A DNA stretch of 64,000 bases from Candidatus Zhuqueibacterota bacterium (GTDB lineage Bacteria; Zhuqueibacterota; Zhuqueibacteria; Residuimicrobiales; Krinioviventaceae). Both the position numbers and the translations under genes were made by a program. The DNA lies in contig JAFGKD010000043.1 of NCBI GenBank assembly GCA_016928775.1, positions 1,834 to 65,833 of the forward strand. The letters are read 5' to 3'. Below are positions 1 through 9,800 of the stretch, in pieces (the first letter of the stretch is position 1; the number at the start of each line of letters is the position of its first letter). The notes beneath the pieces were generated by a model, which was not told the DNA's origin, ran no database searches, and saw only the letters and a list, made by a program, of their open reading frames with translations.

Positions 1-1818
1 AATTTCGTCACTGCCTGGATCAATCGTCAGCAGCGCAATGGAGGCATCGCTGAACGACAGCTCCTGTTTGAGAAGACCGATCCGTTCCGGCGGCAAATCC
101 GGTTTGTCTAACAAATAGGCCATAAGCGTCACGTTGATGTTAACAGCATAGTTTTTAAAATGTATCGTATTGCCCGTCGCATCTTCTATCCACACGTCAA
201 TCTGCAGATTTTCACCTTCTTTACGTTTCGCTTTGAGTGATCCGAGCAGCGTTACTTTGAGATTCGATGTATCCGGTCGAATGAGCTCCGAGCTCTCGAT
301 TAAAAAAGGATCCGAGACAGGACCAACAATAAAGTCATCTGGATTTTCCAGATCCTTTTTCTTGAACTGGAGCTGCGCTTCCGCCACATCCGCCAATCCT
401 GCTATATTAAACACCATGGCATTCAAACGACGCACGGACAAGGGCTGGCCGATGGTTAGCGCGTCAAGGGCCTCCGTGATCCCGGTGAGAAATTCCTGAG
501 ACGCCGCAGCCGGTACTGTGAGATCGGGAATGACATAAAACGTTCCCAGGATAAACACCGTATTAATCACTTCCAAACGCGCCATCACACCGGCGGCGCG
601 GGTTAAATCGACCACTTTGGCGACCTGCTCAGCATCACCACCTGAAAAACGTACCCGAACCTCTCCCAGGGGAATATTTTCACCGGAGTTGAAATCGACA
701 ACCTCAACACCTTCAACACCATCGACATCGAGAACCGCATATTTGATGGCGTTTATTGTTGCATTTCCCGAGCGCTCCAAAGCGTGTTTGGCGCGCTCGC
801 GCAATTGGTCATCCGGTTCGGCACTCTTTCCCTCGCTCGTTGGCTCTTCGTTGACAACACCATCTATACCAATGGGCGGAGTCGGCATGATGACGATGGT
901 CCCGGCGTTCACATTACCTTCCGGGCCGACTTTTTCGGCTTTTATAGCGACTGTCACGCTTTTGGGCTTGTAGCGAATTTGCAGCTCTTCGGTCGGACGC
1001 ACGTCGTCAGCCAGGGTGATGGTGCGTTCATCTTCTCCATAAGGATAATCCGTCTCGGTATCCTTTATATCAAATGGTGTGTCATTTTCGGGATCACCGC
1101 TGCGCAGCCAGATGCCTTCCAGTTCAGCAATTTTATTTTTGACGTTGATGAGTCCATCGAGTTGATAATCAAATTCAATTCGAACGGGTTCTATTTCACC
1201 CGCTTCCGTGGTCACAAAAGATCGATCACTTTCGTCGGTGACGCGAGTTTTTTCTTCAATCAGAACAGATGTCGTGCTAGCCTTTTTGCGGTAGAATGTG
1301 ACGTGCCCGATGGCATGGATATCCGGATTTCTCTCAATTCCCAGTAGCGCAACAACATTATCCAGGGCGACGCCAGTCGCCTGATCGATAAAGGCGCGAC
1401 GATACGCCTGATCCATCTGCTCATAAATTAATTTCATCTCCCGCGAGACCGCGCGAATGAGCGTTCCGACCACACTGCCTGGATTAAAGTCGGTTAATCC
1501 CGCCGGCCGTTCGCGGTAGGTATATTCTACTTCGAGTCTGGTACCTTCATCAGGGAACTCGGTTGGGTGAATCCATATAATGCGATTGTTGCTGAATCGA
1601 TAGTGCGATCCGGCCTGAAACACGGTAAAGTTGGCTCCCATGCGACCGCTGACTTGCAAAATAGCATAGGCTGTTCGCGGCAATTCGTAGGACAGGACAG
1701 AGCTTTTGAATGTAAATCGTGCGCGATCGGGCTGTTCCACGCCGTCCCGAATGCGCTCTTCAAACGCTTCGATCAAATCTTTATATTGTACAGAAAATGG
1801 ATGACCCGGATCGATCAT
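1..1818 (-). CDS. Baseplate J-like wedge protein (P2 gpJ/Mu gp47/Afp11-like), truncated by the window edge
   Basis: Absent from the ORF track because it has no stop inside the window. ATG at 1818 overlaps the gp25 stop (ATGA). My translation gives MIDPGHPFSVQYKDL...GLTDFNPGSVVGTLIRAVSREM...AFIDQATGVALDNVVALLGIER...EPDDQLRERAKHALERSGNATINAIKYAVLDVDGV, which are typical baseplate-J motifs. The same frame is still open at base 1. Confidence 0.88.
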   Translation of the reverse strand, partial: MIDPGHPFSVQYKDLIEAFEERIRDGVEQPDRARFTFKSSVLSYELPRTAYAILQVSGRMGANFTVFQAGSHYRFSNNRIIWIHPTEFPDEGTRLEVEYTYRERPAGLTDFNPGSVVGTLIRAVSREMKLIYEQMDQAYRRAFIDQATGVALDNVVALLGIERNPDIHAIGHVTFYRKKASTTSVLIEEKTRVTDESDRSFVTTEAGEIEPVRIEFDYQLDGLINVKNKIAELEGIWLRSGDPENDTPFDIKDTETDYPYGEDERTITLADDVRPTEELQIRYKPKSVTVAIKAEKVGPEGNVNAGTIVIMPTPPIGIDGVVNEEPTSEGKSAEPDDQLRERAKHALERSGNATINAIKYAVLDVDGVEGVEVVDFNSGENIPLGEVRVRFSGGDAEQVAKVVDLTRAAGVMARLEVINTVFILGTFYVIPDLTVPAAASQEFLTGITEALDALTIGQPLSVRRLNAMVFNIAGLADVAEAQLQFKKKDLENPDDFIVGPVSDPFLIESSELIRPDTSNLKVTLLGSLKAKRKEGENLQIDVWIEDATGNTIHFKNYAVNINVTLMAYLLDKPDLPPERIGLLKQELSFSDASIALLTIDPGSDEI

Positions 1819-2243
1819 AGTTCCTCCAGATTCATATCGTAAACCAGGTTTAACGGTGTCGGCTCGTTGATGAGCTGGATGTCCATGCTGAGCCGAACGA
1901 CATCGCGCTCGCCGGGGATAACCCGTGTGCGGACCTCTTTGACCTCCAGCACCCGCGAATCCCCCTCAATCGCGCTACGCGCAAACGCCATAAGCATCAC
2001 GTGCGTGCGATTGTTATTGGGCTGACCGATCAGCTCGTGCAGTCGCGAGCCGTAATTGGGCCAACCGAGGGGCGCCAATTCGCCTTTTCTGATGTGCAGG
2101 CGCAAAATCAATGCCTGGATAATATTGTCGTTGCCGCGCGCCAGATCAATATCGCCGGCCGAGTCCGGGATCAGATCAAATCCCGGGGCGCGCTCGACAA
2201 GCTTGAGGTCGTTGCCGAAAAGTTTTTGACGGTCTGTTGGCAT
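1815..2243 (-). CDS. GPW/gp25-family baseplate wedge / sheath initiator
   Basis: GNDNIIQALILRL...GEL..LGWPNYGSRLHELIG...AIEGDSRVLEV motif; position between the tip and baseplate J genes. Confidence 0.9.
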   Translation of the reverse strand: MPTDRQKLFGNDLKLVERAPGFDLIPDSAGDIDLARGNDNIIQALILRLHIRKGELAPLGWPNYGSRLHELIGQPNNNRTHVMLMAFARSAIEGDSRVLEVKEVRTRVIPGERDVVRLSMDIQLINEPTPLNLVYDMNLEEL

Positions 2244-2288
2244 AATACCATTGATATAAGTTAGCTAATACAATTCATTAAGATTATT

Positions 2289-2783
2289 TCATTCTGAACA
2301 AAATACAAAATCCTGATTTTCCACGGTTACAGTCGAATTCATCGGCTCGCCTAAACCGTCACACGTATCTATTTTATCTCCATCCAATAAGACGGATGCA
2401 CCACCAACCTTCACAAATGAACTACCAGATGTCGAACTGGGATTACCTTCGCCGATTGTGTCAGAGATACTAAGTGATAGTGGAATTGGCGCCGGAGTAA
2501 TCGGTAAAAAGTTGCTACCCATAGGTCCGGAATGTTTACCGGTTGGGAAAACGTCTTCTCCTGGATTTAGTGTGCTTTTACTATTTTTCAATGCTATTGG
2601 CTTTCCGTCAATATGTGCAAAATCTGATAATTGATCAGTCATCTTGCCTACGTAATCAAAATCACCGACTCCAGCATAAGGTATAGTGGGCGGAGGAGCA
2701 CTCGGGTTTGTCGCATCTCCTTCGACATTATGCTTATCGACTCCCTCCACCTTGTCATTTTGAACGACAATCAGTTTTGCCAT
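2289..2783 (-). CDS. PAAR-like spike tip protein
   Basis: 164 aa directly after the spike gene. Has PAAR-like repeats (SDFAHIDGKPIAL; SSFVKVGGASVLLDGDKIDTC) with His/Cys candidate Zn ligands and Pro-rich loops. Confidence 0.75.
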   Translation of the reverse strand: MAKLIVVQNDKVEGVDKHNVEGDATNPSAPPPTIPYAGVGDFDYVGKMTDQLSDFAHIDGKPIALKNSKSTLNPGEDVFPTGKHSGPMGSNFLPITPAPIPLSLSISDTIGEGNPSSTSGSSFVKVGGASVLLDGDKIDTCDGLGEPMNSTVTVENQDFVFCSE

Positions 2784-2788
2784 ATCGA

Positions 2789-3457
2789 TTACGCTTTATT
2801 AAAGTCTATTGTATCGCCTTTGATTATTACTGGTTGCCCAGATGCATCAATCGTAAAAGGTACTTTTGCATGAATATTAAAAGCTTCTTTATTCATTTCG
2901 ATTGAATTTTCATTTGAATCGACAATCTTTATCATTTCGGCTGTTATTTGAATTTGTGCCTCGCCCATTTTAACTTCGATGTTGCCGCTCTCGCCATCAA
3001 TTTTAAAGGATGTTTTTGCTTCGCTGTTATCTTCCGGTTTCGTCACATCGCGCTGCAGGTAGATAGTGCCATCGTTCATAAAACGAAAATGATTCAACGT
3101 GCCGTCTGGAACGCGCTGTTCAAATAAAATCTCGTCTTCGTGAAACAGCGGCGGTCGGTCATCCGCGTGGTAAAAACGACCGGAGATGACCGGCTGATTG
3201 AGATCACCGTTGACAAAATGCACCAGCACCAAATCGTTCACTCGCGGCGGTGCGACGATGCCGATATGCCCCACAGCCACCGGGACTTTGAGCAGCTCCA
3301 GATCTTCGTGCTTGAGCTTGACGTTAACTTCATAGTTATACTCGTCATCCTCGGCCTCGTGGGCAAAGATAGCCGTCACCACGCCGAGCAGCGTTGTTCG
3401 CTGACGCGCCAGCTCCTGTCGCACCAGGTGACGGATAATGTCGAGCAGTCGACTCAT
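2789..3457 (-). CDS. Baseplate spike protein (gpV/gp5 OB-fold plus beta-helix)
   Basis: LGVVTAI...VPVAVGHIGIVAPPRVNDLVLVHFVNGDLNQPVISGRFY is the gp5/gpV N-terminal OB-fold signature, followed by short beta-strand repeats. Confidence 0.9.
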   Translation of the reverse strand: MSRLLDIIRHLVRQELARQRTTLLGVVTAIFAHEAEDDEYNYEVNVKLKHEDLELLKVPVAVGHIGIVAPPRVNDLVLVHFVNGDLNQPVISGRFYHADDRPPLFHEDEILFEQRVPDGTLNHFRFMNDGTIYLQRDVTKPEDNSEAKTSFKIDGESGNIEVKMGEAQIQITAEMIKIVDSNENSIEMNKEAFNIHAKVPFTIDASGQPVIIKGDTIDFNKA

Positions 3458-4491
3458 TCGTTTACATCCAGCGAGATTCGCACATCGGTGACAAAACCAA
3501 TTCCTTCGCCAAATCGATGTCGGATCGCTCGCACGTAGCCGCTGCCGTCGATCAGGTCGTCGGGCACGTCACTCGAGCTGATCGAGTCGCCGAGATCGAT
3601 TTGGGCTTGACCCAGTACGGTGATGGATATCTCGTGCGCGTTTCGTTTGTGGGTTGCCAACAAGCCGGCGGCAAAACGATCGGCCAGGTCTTTGGTGCGC
3701 GCTGCCGGATCGCGCACCAGGATTTGGGGCGATCCGTCGCCTGCTTCACCGCGATAATCCGAATCATTGATGGTGAGCCAGTGCGATGTCGTATCGCCTT
3801 TTCCCGACATCGGGCTTTCACCACCGACGTCAATTTTGCGCCAAGCGACCGGTTGTCGATCCGCCGCCGCCTGTAAAAGATGTTGCTTGTAGACAAAGCT
3901 CAATCCGGCTCCGCCCAGGGCGCCAGCGACAGCACTTCCCAGGCCACCGAGACTGTCCAGACCGGCGGCGGGGCCGAGCGGGTGAAACATGATATTGCCG
4001 TTGCGATCTGTATACAACTCGTAGCCCAGCCGATCCGCCAAACTCCTGAGATGTTCATAAGCGCTGATTCTGTTATCCACATAATAACGTGGAAATGTGA
4101 CGCCATTTTCGACCGTTCCTGCGGTCGCCCCCGCTTCATTGATCAGATGATGTGCGATGTCTCCGGCACTCTGGTTTTCAAAAGTCGCCGAGGTTCTGAG
4201 ATTGAGCAAAACGTTCATGTGACCCAACGCCTGAATCTCCACCGCTGCTATAGCCGGTTTGAGCGCAACAACATTGCCGGTGAAAACAACCTCCTCATTG
4301 CCGTCGTATCCCAGCTTTGCACTCACGGCATTATCCAGCGCGATACCCGATCGCTCCATAAGCTGAAGGCGTAAAACATCGGCGGGGATGTCCATGTCGC
4401 GCTCGATCACAAGGTTTTTTATGCCGGCCACAGGATTGTCTGTACTGGTTAAAAGGCTGCCGATCTCCAATGTTAAAGTTGGCTTTACCAT
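3454..4491 (-). CDS. Baseplate hub protein (gpD/gp27/VgrG N-terminal-like)
   Basis: LGYDGNEEVVFTGNV...FENQSAGDIAHHL...SAYEHLRSLADRLGYELY...VLGQAQIDLGDSI...GYVRAIRHRFGEGIGFVT is a late-control-D-like pattern; the gene overlaps the spike gene. Confidence 0.85.
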   Translation of the reverse strand: MVKPTLTLEIGSLLTSTDNPVAGIKNLVIERDMDIPADVLRLQLMERSGIALDNAVSAKLGYDGNEEVVFTGNVVALKPAIAAVEIQALGHMNVLLNLRTSATFENQSAGDIAHHLINEAGATAGTVENGVTFPRYYVDNRISAYEHLRSLADRLGYELYTDRNGNIMFHPLGPAAGLDSLGGLGSAVAGALGGAGLSFVYKQHLLQAAADRQPVAWRKIDVGGESPMSGKGDTTSHWLTINDSDYRGEAGDGSPQILVRDPAARTKDLADRFAAGLLATHKRNAHEISITVLGQAQIDLGDSISSSDVPDDLIDGSGYVRAIRHRFGEGIGFVTDVRISLDVNE

Positions 4492-6810
4492 TTAAATGCC
4501 TCCGTGGGCGCGGGCGTCTTGTTCCAGCCAGGCATTATAATATCCATTAAAAATGACGTCCCATATATAAACGCCCCAAATCGGCAGACCAAATAAAAAG
4601 AACGGCCCGAACCAGCCATACTGATTGGTATGCCGGAGCTCATGTTCGTATAATGCCTTGTTTCTGGGGATGGACACTCTGCCGCCATAAGATGATGGCG
4701 ATACACTGCCCGAACCGGATAAATAGGCATTGCTCCTCCAATCGCCGTTTACAAAAAATACATTGCCAAAAGTAATTCCGGCAAAAAAGGGCAACGAGCC
4801 AAACCATCCTCCTTCAAAGACCAATGCAAAGGCATTCAACCGGCCCGACGCCGCGACATCAAATCCGGGCGTCGCCCATGACACATTGCCAAAGGTGACG
4901 AGCCAGACGAGCCAGCGTATCACTTCGCCAACAAGGCAGGTAATCTCAATGATGAGCCCGATGAGCGTATTGGGCAGCGTCCAGATGGCGCCGAGAATCG
5001 ACAGCAACACACCGCCAAACGACCAGTGGCCGTTGGGATCAACGTTATTCACCGGATCGTTTGAACAAAAAGCATAGCGGTTTTGTACGCGCGGTTGTCG
5101 TTGCCAATCGGTCAAAATATGGGCGCGCGCGGCCGCCTGCCGGCTCGCTGGACCAAAGGGATTGACGATACGGATGTCATCCGGACGGCCGGTGTAAGAA
5201 TCCGGTGTGAGGAAACGGCCGTGAATCGGATCATACCAGCGGGCGCCAAAATCGTACAGCATGAGCTCCGGGTGCCAAAATCGACCTTTGTAAATGGGTG
5301 CAAAATCACTTGTAGACAACGAGGGAACACCAAATGGCGAGTAGGTGAATTCGGCAACCGTCTTTCCCGATGTATCAGTCACGAGGTAGCACGAGCCATG
5401 TTCATCCTGGTGCCGAAAAAAGAGCACTCCCGAATCCACTGAACCGTGGATTTCGCCCAACAGTCCCAACGGAGTGCGGATGTAGAGGCGCAACGGTTCA
5501 CCAAACTCATTGGTGACGGCCAATAACTCATCCGCCGGCCCATATAAATAACGTTCTGTCCGGTGCGGATAGTGCGCTAACACCAGGCGGCCCTTGTGGT
5601 CGTACAGAAATTTGCCAATAATCTCGCCATTTTTGGATGCCCGCACAAGCTGACCGGCATCGTCGTAGCGATATGTCCAGCACTCGACACCGCGCTTGAT
5701 CCTAACGGGCTGGCCGTGCCCATTGTAATCAATGGTGACGTGTACACCATCGTCGCCTTGAATCTGCAACAGTTGATTTTTTACATCATATTTATATCGA
5801 TACGCGCCAGTCGCGTCCGTTGCGCTGGTTCTATTGTCCACAGCATCATAGCTGAACGACCAGTGCGACTGCTGCTGTTGTTCATGAACATCGACCAAAC
5901 GACCCAAAATGTCATAGTTGTAATCGCAGAGACCATCATTGATGATCTGGCCAATGGCGTTGTATGTGTAGTGGCGTTGAAACAGGATATGATTGTTCTT
6001 GTTTTTCACCTGGCGAGCAACCGTGCGACGATCTATGGGATCGGCGCTGCTTTCTTCAACAATATGGTTTGCCAAATGAACGCGCGATTTCTTTTGCTTC
6101 TCAAGGTACTCGTACTGCGCAATTGGGGTATTTTTTATCACTACGGTTTGCGGACGGCCTTTTTCATCCCATTGATACTGCACCGGCGCGGAACTGCCGG
6201 GCAGAAACATATTTTTCAATCGACCCGCATCATCATATTCGAGCGTGAGTCTTATGGTTAAACCCATGATCGACTGCGAGATCTTATTGACGCGACCCTC
6301 AGCATCGTATTCCTGCTTTGTATAGACCTCGGGTGTTCTGGCCACCACGATGCGTCCATGCTCGTCGTAGCGATACACCGAGGCGCCGCTGTTGCCGATG
6401 CGAGCTGTGGTCAATCGTCCCTTTGGATCAAAATCAAAGTGACTGATCACACCGCGGTCGTTTATCTGGCAAAGCCGGTCATTTTCTCCATACGTATAGC
6501 ACGTTCTTGTTTTGTCCGGATGGTGAACCTCAATCAGGCGGCGCTGTTCATCATATTCAAAACTGGTTTGGCAGCCATTGGGATCACATATTTGACTCAC
6601 ATCGCCCCGTTGGCTGTACGCATAGCGGAACGTACCCCCGCCGGTCTCGGCAACCTCTTTCACAAGACCGCAATCATAACACACTTGCCGGCATTTTTGC
6701 TGGTGGTTCATCCAGGACTCGATGCGATCGAGCGCTTCCGTTTGCGCCTGGTTTGCAGTCGCTATTTTTTCTGAAAAACTATTGTACTTTTTTGTTTCCA
6801 GCCTGTGCAT
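4492..6810 (-). CDS. Rhs/YD-repeat protein with hydrophobic HEXXH (zincin-like) C-terminal domain
   Basis: Many YD repeats, Rhs core (YDFGARWYDPIHGRFLTPD...NRYAFCSNDPVNNVDPNGH), then a ~177-aa C-terminal domain containing hydrophobic helices and HELRH. Confidence 0.9.
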   Translation of the reverse strand: MHRLETKKYNSFSEKIATANQAQTEALDRIESWMNHQQKCRQVCYDCGLVKEVAETGGGTFRYAYSQRGDVSQICDPNGCQTSFEYDEQRRLIEVHHPDKTRTCYTYGENDRLCQINDRGVISHFDFDPKGRLTTARIGNSGASVYRYDEHGRIVVARTPEVYTKQEYDAEGRVNKISQSIMGLTIRLTLEYDDAGRLKNMFLPGSSAPVQYQWDEKGRPQTVVIKNTPIAQYEYLEKQKKSRVHLANHIVEESSADPIDRRTVARQVKNKNNHILFQRHYTYNAIGQIINDGLCDYNYDILGRLVDVHEQQQQSHWSFSYDAVDNRTSATDATGAYRYKYDVKNQLLQIQGDDGVHVTIDYNGHGQPVRIKRGVECWTYRYDDAGQLVRASKNGEIIGKFLYDHKGRLVLAHYPHRTERYLYGPADELLAVTNEFGEPLRLYIRTPLGLLGEIHGSVDSGVLFFRHQDEHGSCYLVTDTSGKTVAEFTYSPFGVPSLSTSDFAPIYKGRFWHPELMLYDFGARWYDPIHGRFLTPDSYTGRPDDIRIVNPFGPASRQAAARAHILTDWQRQPRVQNRYAFCSNDPVNNVDPNGHWSFGGVLLSILGAIWTLPNTLIGLIIEITCLVGEVIRWLVWLVTFGNVSWATPGFDVAASGRLNAFALVFEGGWFGSLPFFAGITFGNVFFVNGDWRSNAYLSGSGSVSPSSYGGRVSIPRNKALYEHELRHTNQYGWFGPFFLFGLPIWGVYIWDVIFNGYYNAWLEQDARAHGGI

Positions 6811-6851
6811 TATTGCGCCTGAATTTTTTCGTAAGCATTCAACTCAAACCA

Positions 6852-9800
6852 TTAGACCGGAATCGCGGCGAGCATGGCGTCAAAGGCATTGCGCACGCGA
6901 TCCAGTTCTTTATCAAAACTCACGGCCAGGTTATCGAGCACGCGATTCAATCGTTCCAAAAGCTCGACAAAGACCAGATTTTCAAATTTATCCAAAATGC
7001 CTTTAAGGCTGTCGAATGCATTGGCAATGGTTGTTTTCAAGCTGTCAATTATCGTTTGAATTTCAGCTCGAATAGTCCTGAACGTTTCATCAATCACGTC
7101 TACGATATCAGCAAGGATATCCTTGATGCTTTGAGAGACAGCGGTGACTGCTTTATCAAAGACCTCATCGATTTTAATTTTAATCTGCGTCGGATTTAGC
7201 TCTTCAAGCGGCGCGGTCAAGGGATCATAAAAATTGGTTTTGAGTGAATTGGCCAATTCCTCGGGATCGAGTATTCGCACCTTGTCGCGAATCGTCTGGT
7301 AGATATCGGCCACCGCATCGTTGAGCGAGAGCGGATTGATGAGCATGATGATCTCGCGGATGTTCGCCAGGAAGCCGTTCATCGCCGGCTCCAGAACCTC
7401 TTCCATGGGCTTGAGTTGCTGAAGAAACCGTTCCAGGGCCTGTTCAATCCGCACAGCCTTGGCAGTGGGCCGCATTGAATAGAAACCGGACAAAATCTCC
7501 TGATATGACAAGGGTGTCGGGTGCCACAGAAAATCGGGTAACATACGATCCAGGTTATCCCGCAGCGAACTGTAGGCTTCTCCTACAGCAGAGATATCCA
7601 GATCATTAATCTTTAAACGAAGGGAATCCAAAAGTTGATTGTGCGTCTCGATCAATTGATGAAAAGGGCTGTCGGGCAAGGCTGGATCAATGAGCTGAAA
7701 AGTATTGTCAAAGGCTGCCAGGGTTGTTGCGATGTTTTCCTGAACCTCCGGCGGCGCATCTGCCACTTTGTTTTCAAATGACATCTTGATGCCGGGCAAA
7801 TGAGCCGGCAAACCCAGGAGTGCCGTTGGGATCAGCTCAACGAGTCGACTCTGACCATTGCGAAAATGATTGATAATGGCTTGTGGATCGAGCAATTGCA
7901 ATCCCACACCAATGGTCTCGCGAATGCTGTTTATCGTGTCGGTCAGCACTCCCTGATCCACAGACTCGATCATATCGAGTAATCGGTTATAAAGGCTATC
8001 CAGGGGTTGAAAAACTTTCGCTATATTGATTTGTGTCCTGAATTCGACGCTCAGATTTTTCAACTCAGTGTCAGGATCGCCGAAAATAGCGTCCGTCAGA
8101 CTCTCTAAAAAAGGACGCAATTCATTGTAAAAAGTATCGAGCGGGTCAGGCAAGTTTAAATTAGTCAACGAATCAAGAATCTTGCTGCGAATATCGGCGA
8201 ACAAGGCTTTTTGCCGGACGTCGAGTTCATTGAGAACCGGCGTTATATCGACATAGGAGATGAGCTGATCAATTTTTTCATACAAAGCGTTCAAAGGCGT
8301 CACCCATAAATCCGGACCCAGTCGATTCACATGCTGCATCATTGAATCATAGGGTGCCTGCAATGGATCTAAAATGTGTCCCGGTGAAATGGAGGTCAGA
8401 GATTGGGTGAATTGATCCACCTGTCCCTCGAGTGGTTTTAGCAGAACCGTACCGTTCAATTTTTGTACCAATTGCGCGACGTGGTCTAGCAGGTCCGTGA
8501 CGGGCTTGAACAGTTCATCAGAATCCAAAAAGCCGATTTTTTCCAGCATCCGTTCCAGGACAGCAGTGATTTTATTTAAAATCGCTTTCATTTCTTCGGT
8601 CAATGTACTAAACGCCGATTTCAGTGCGTTGATCACTTTGGATTCGAGCTCCAGCTCCTGTAAAAAAGCGAGCGCCGCCTTGATGGCCAGTTTTTCGGCA
8701 GAAGAGAGAGCATTGGGATTAATCTCTTGTAATCGTCCCTTCAGCTCGTCGATCTCTTCAATCACCTCATCACTCAATGGCTTGAAGCTCAATTGGTCTA
8801 ATTGTGAGATAAATGAGGTGAATGTATCCATGTAGCCGGCAAGTGTTGTTTCGATTTGATCGATCAAGGTGCTAAGATCAGCAATGAGGTCGGTTAATTC
8901 GCTTGAAATGCCAGCAATCGGTAAGTTTTGTACGGTGCTCAATACCTGATTGACCGTGCTTCCGACGTTATTCTTTAATGTTTCATTTATATTGTCGGTG
9001 ATAAATGTTTCAATACTTGTAAAGGCGTCTTTGATGTCGTCACCAATTTGTTCGATGCCTAATGAATCCAGTTCCTGTTTCACCCGGGTCAACATCTCTT
9101 CCACTGTTTGTTGAACCGCCTCGGTCGGTACGGATTCAATGGCTTGCCGAATCTGAGTGAGAAAATCCAGCAGACTGGAGCGAATTTGTCCGAGGGCAGA
9201 ATTCTTGAACGAATCAAGCATGGTCTGGCTCAGGCGTTCGATGCGTTGGGTAATATCGTCAACGCCAAACATCATGTAAAACTTGCTCAACAGGTCTTCC
9301 AGCATGCTGACCATATTATCAATGATTTGATCGATCGAGAACAGCCTGCCCGGATCAATGGCTTGCAGCAATGATTGATATGTGGAAAAAATGGTGCTCC
9401 AGGGATGCGTTCCGATTAAACTCTGAAGTTGTGAATAGAGTGAATTCAGCGCACTCGATACGGATTGAATAGCGGTTTCCACTTCACTCAGACGAGTTTG
9501 AATGGCCGTATAACCGTTGATATCAGCCGGATCAAGGGATTCGATATCGGTTAAAAGTCCGGTTATTGCGCTGACGATGGCCTGCCGTGCGGGATCGAGA
9601 GCAGTAGCGAGGGATTCGGGCGATAAAGGTACCAATACGGCGTATGAAGAGTTGACGTGGTCGAGTGATTCGGTCAATAGATCCGGCGCAACGCCCAAAA
9701 GATTATCGGTGAGAAACGGCAGAAATTCATCCTGGTGTCCGGAAAAATCAGCGACAAAATTATCTATCAACGCAAGGGCGTTCTTGATTTGTTCGATAAT

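Noticed and set aside
6811..6852. In-frame ATG-GTT-TGA upstream of the Rhs ORF, suggesting selenocysteine or readthrough extension
   Set aside because: It would add only 14 codons, I see no SECIS-like hairpin, and TGA is an ordinary stop throughout the window.
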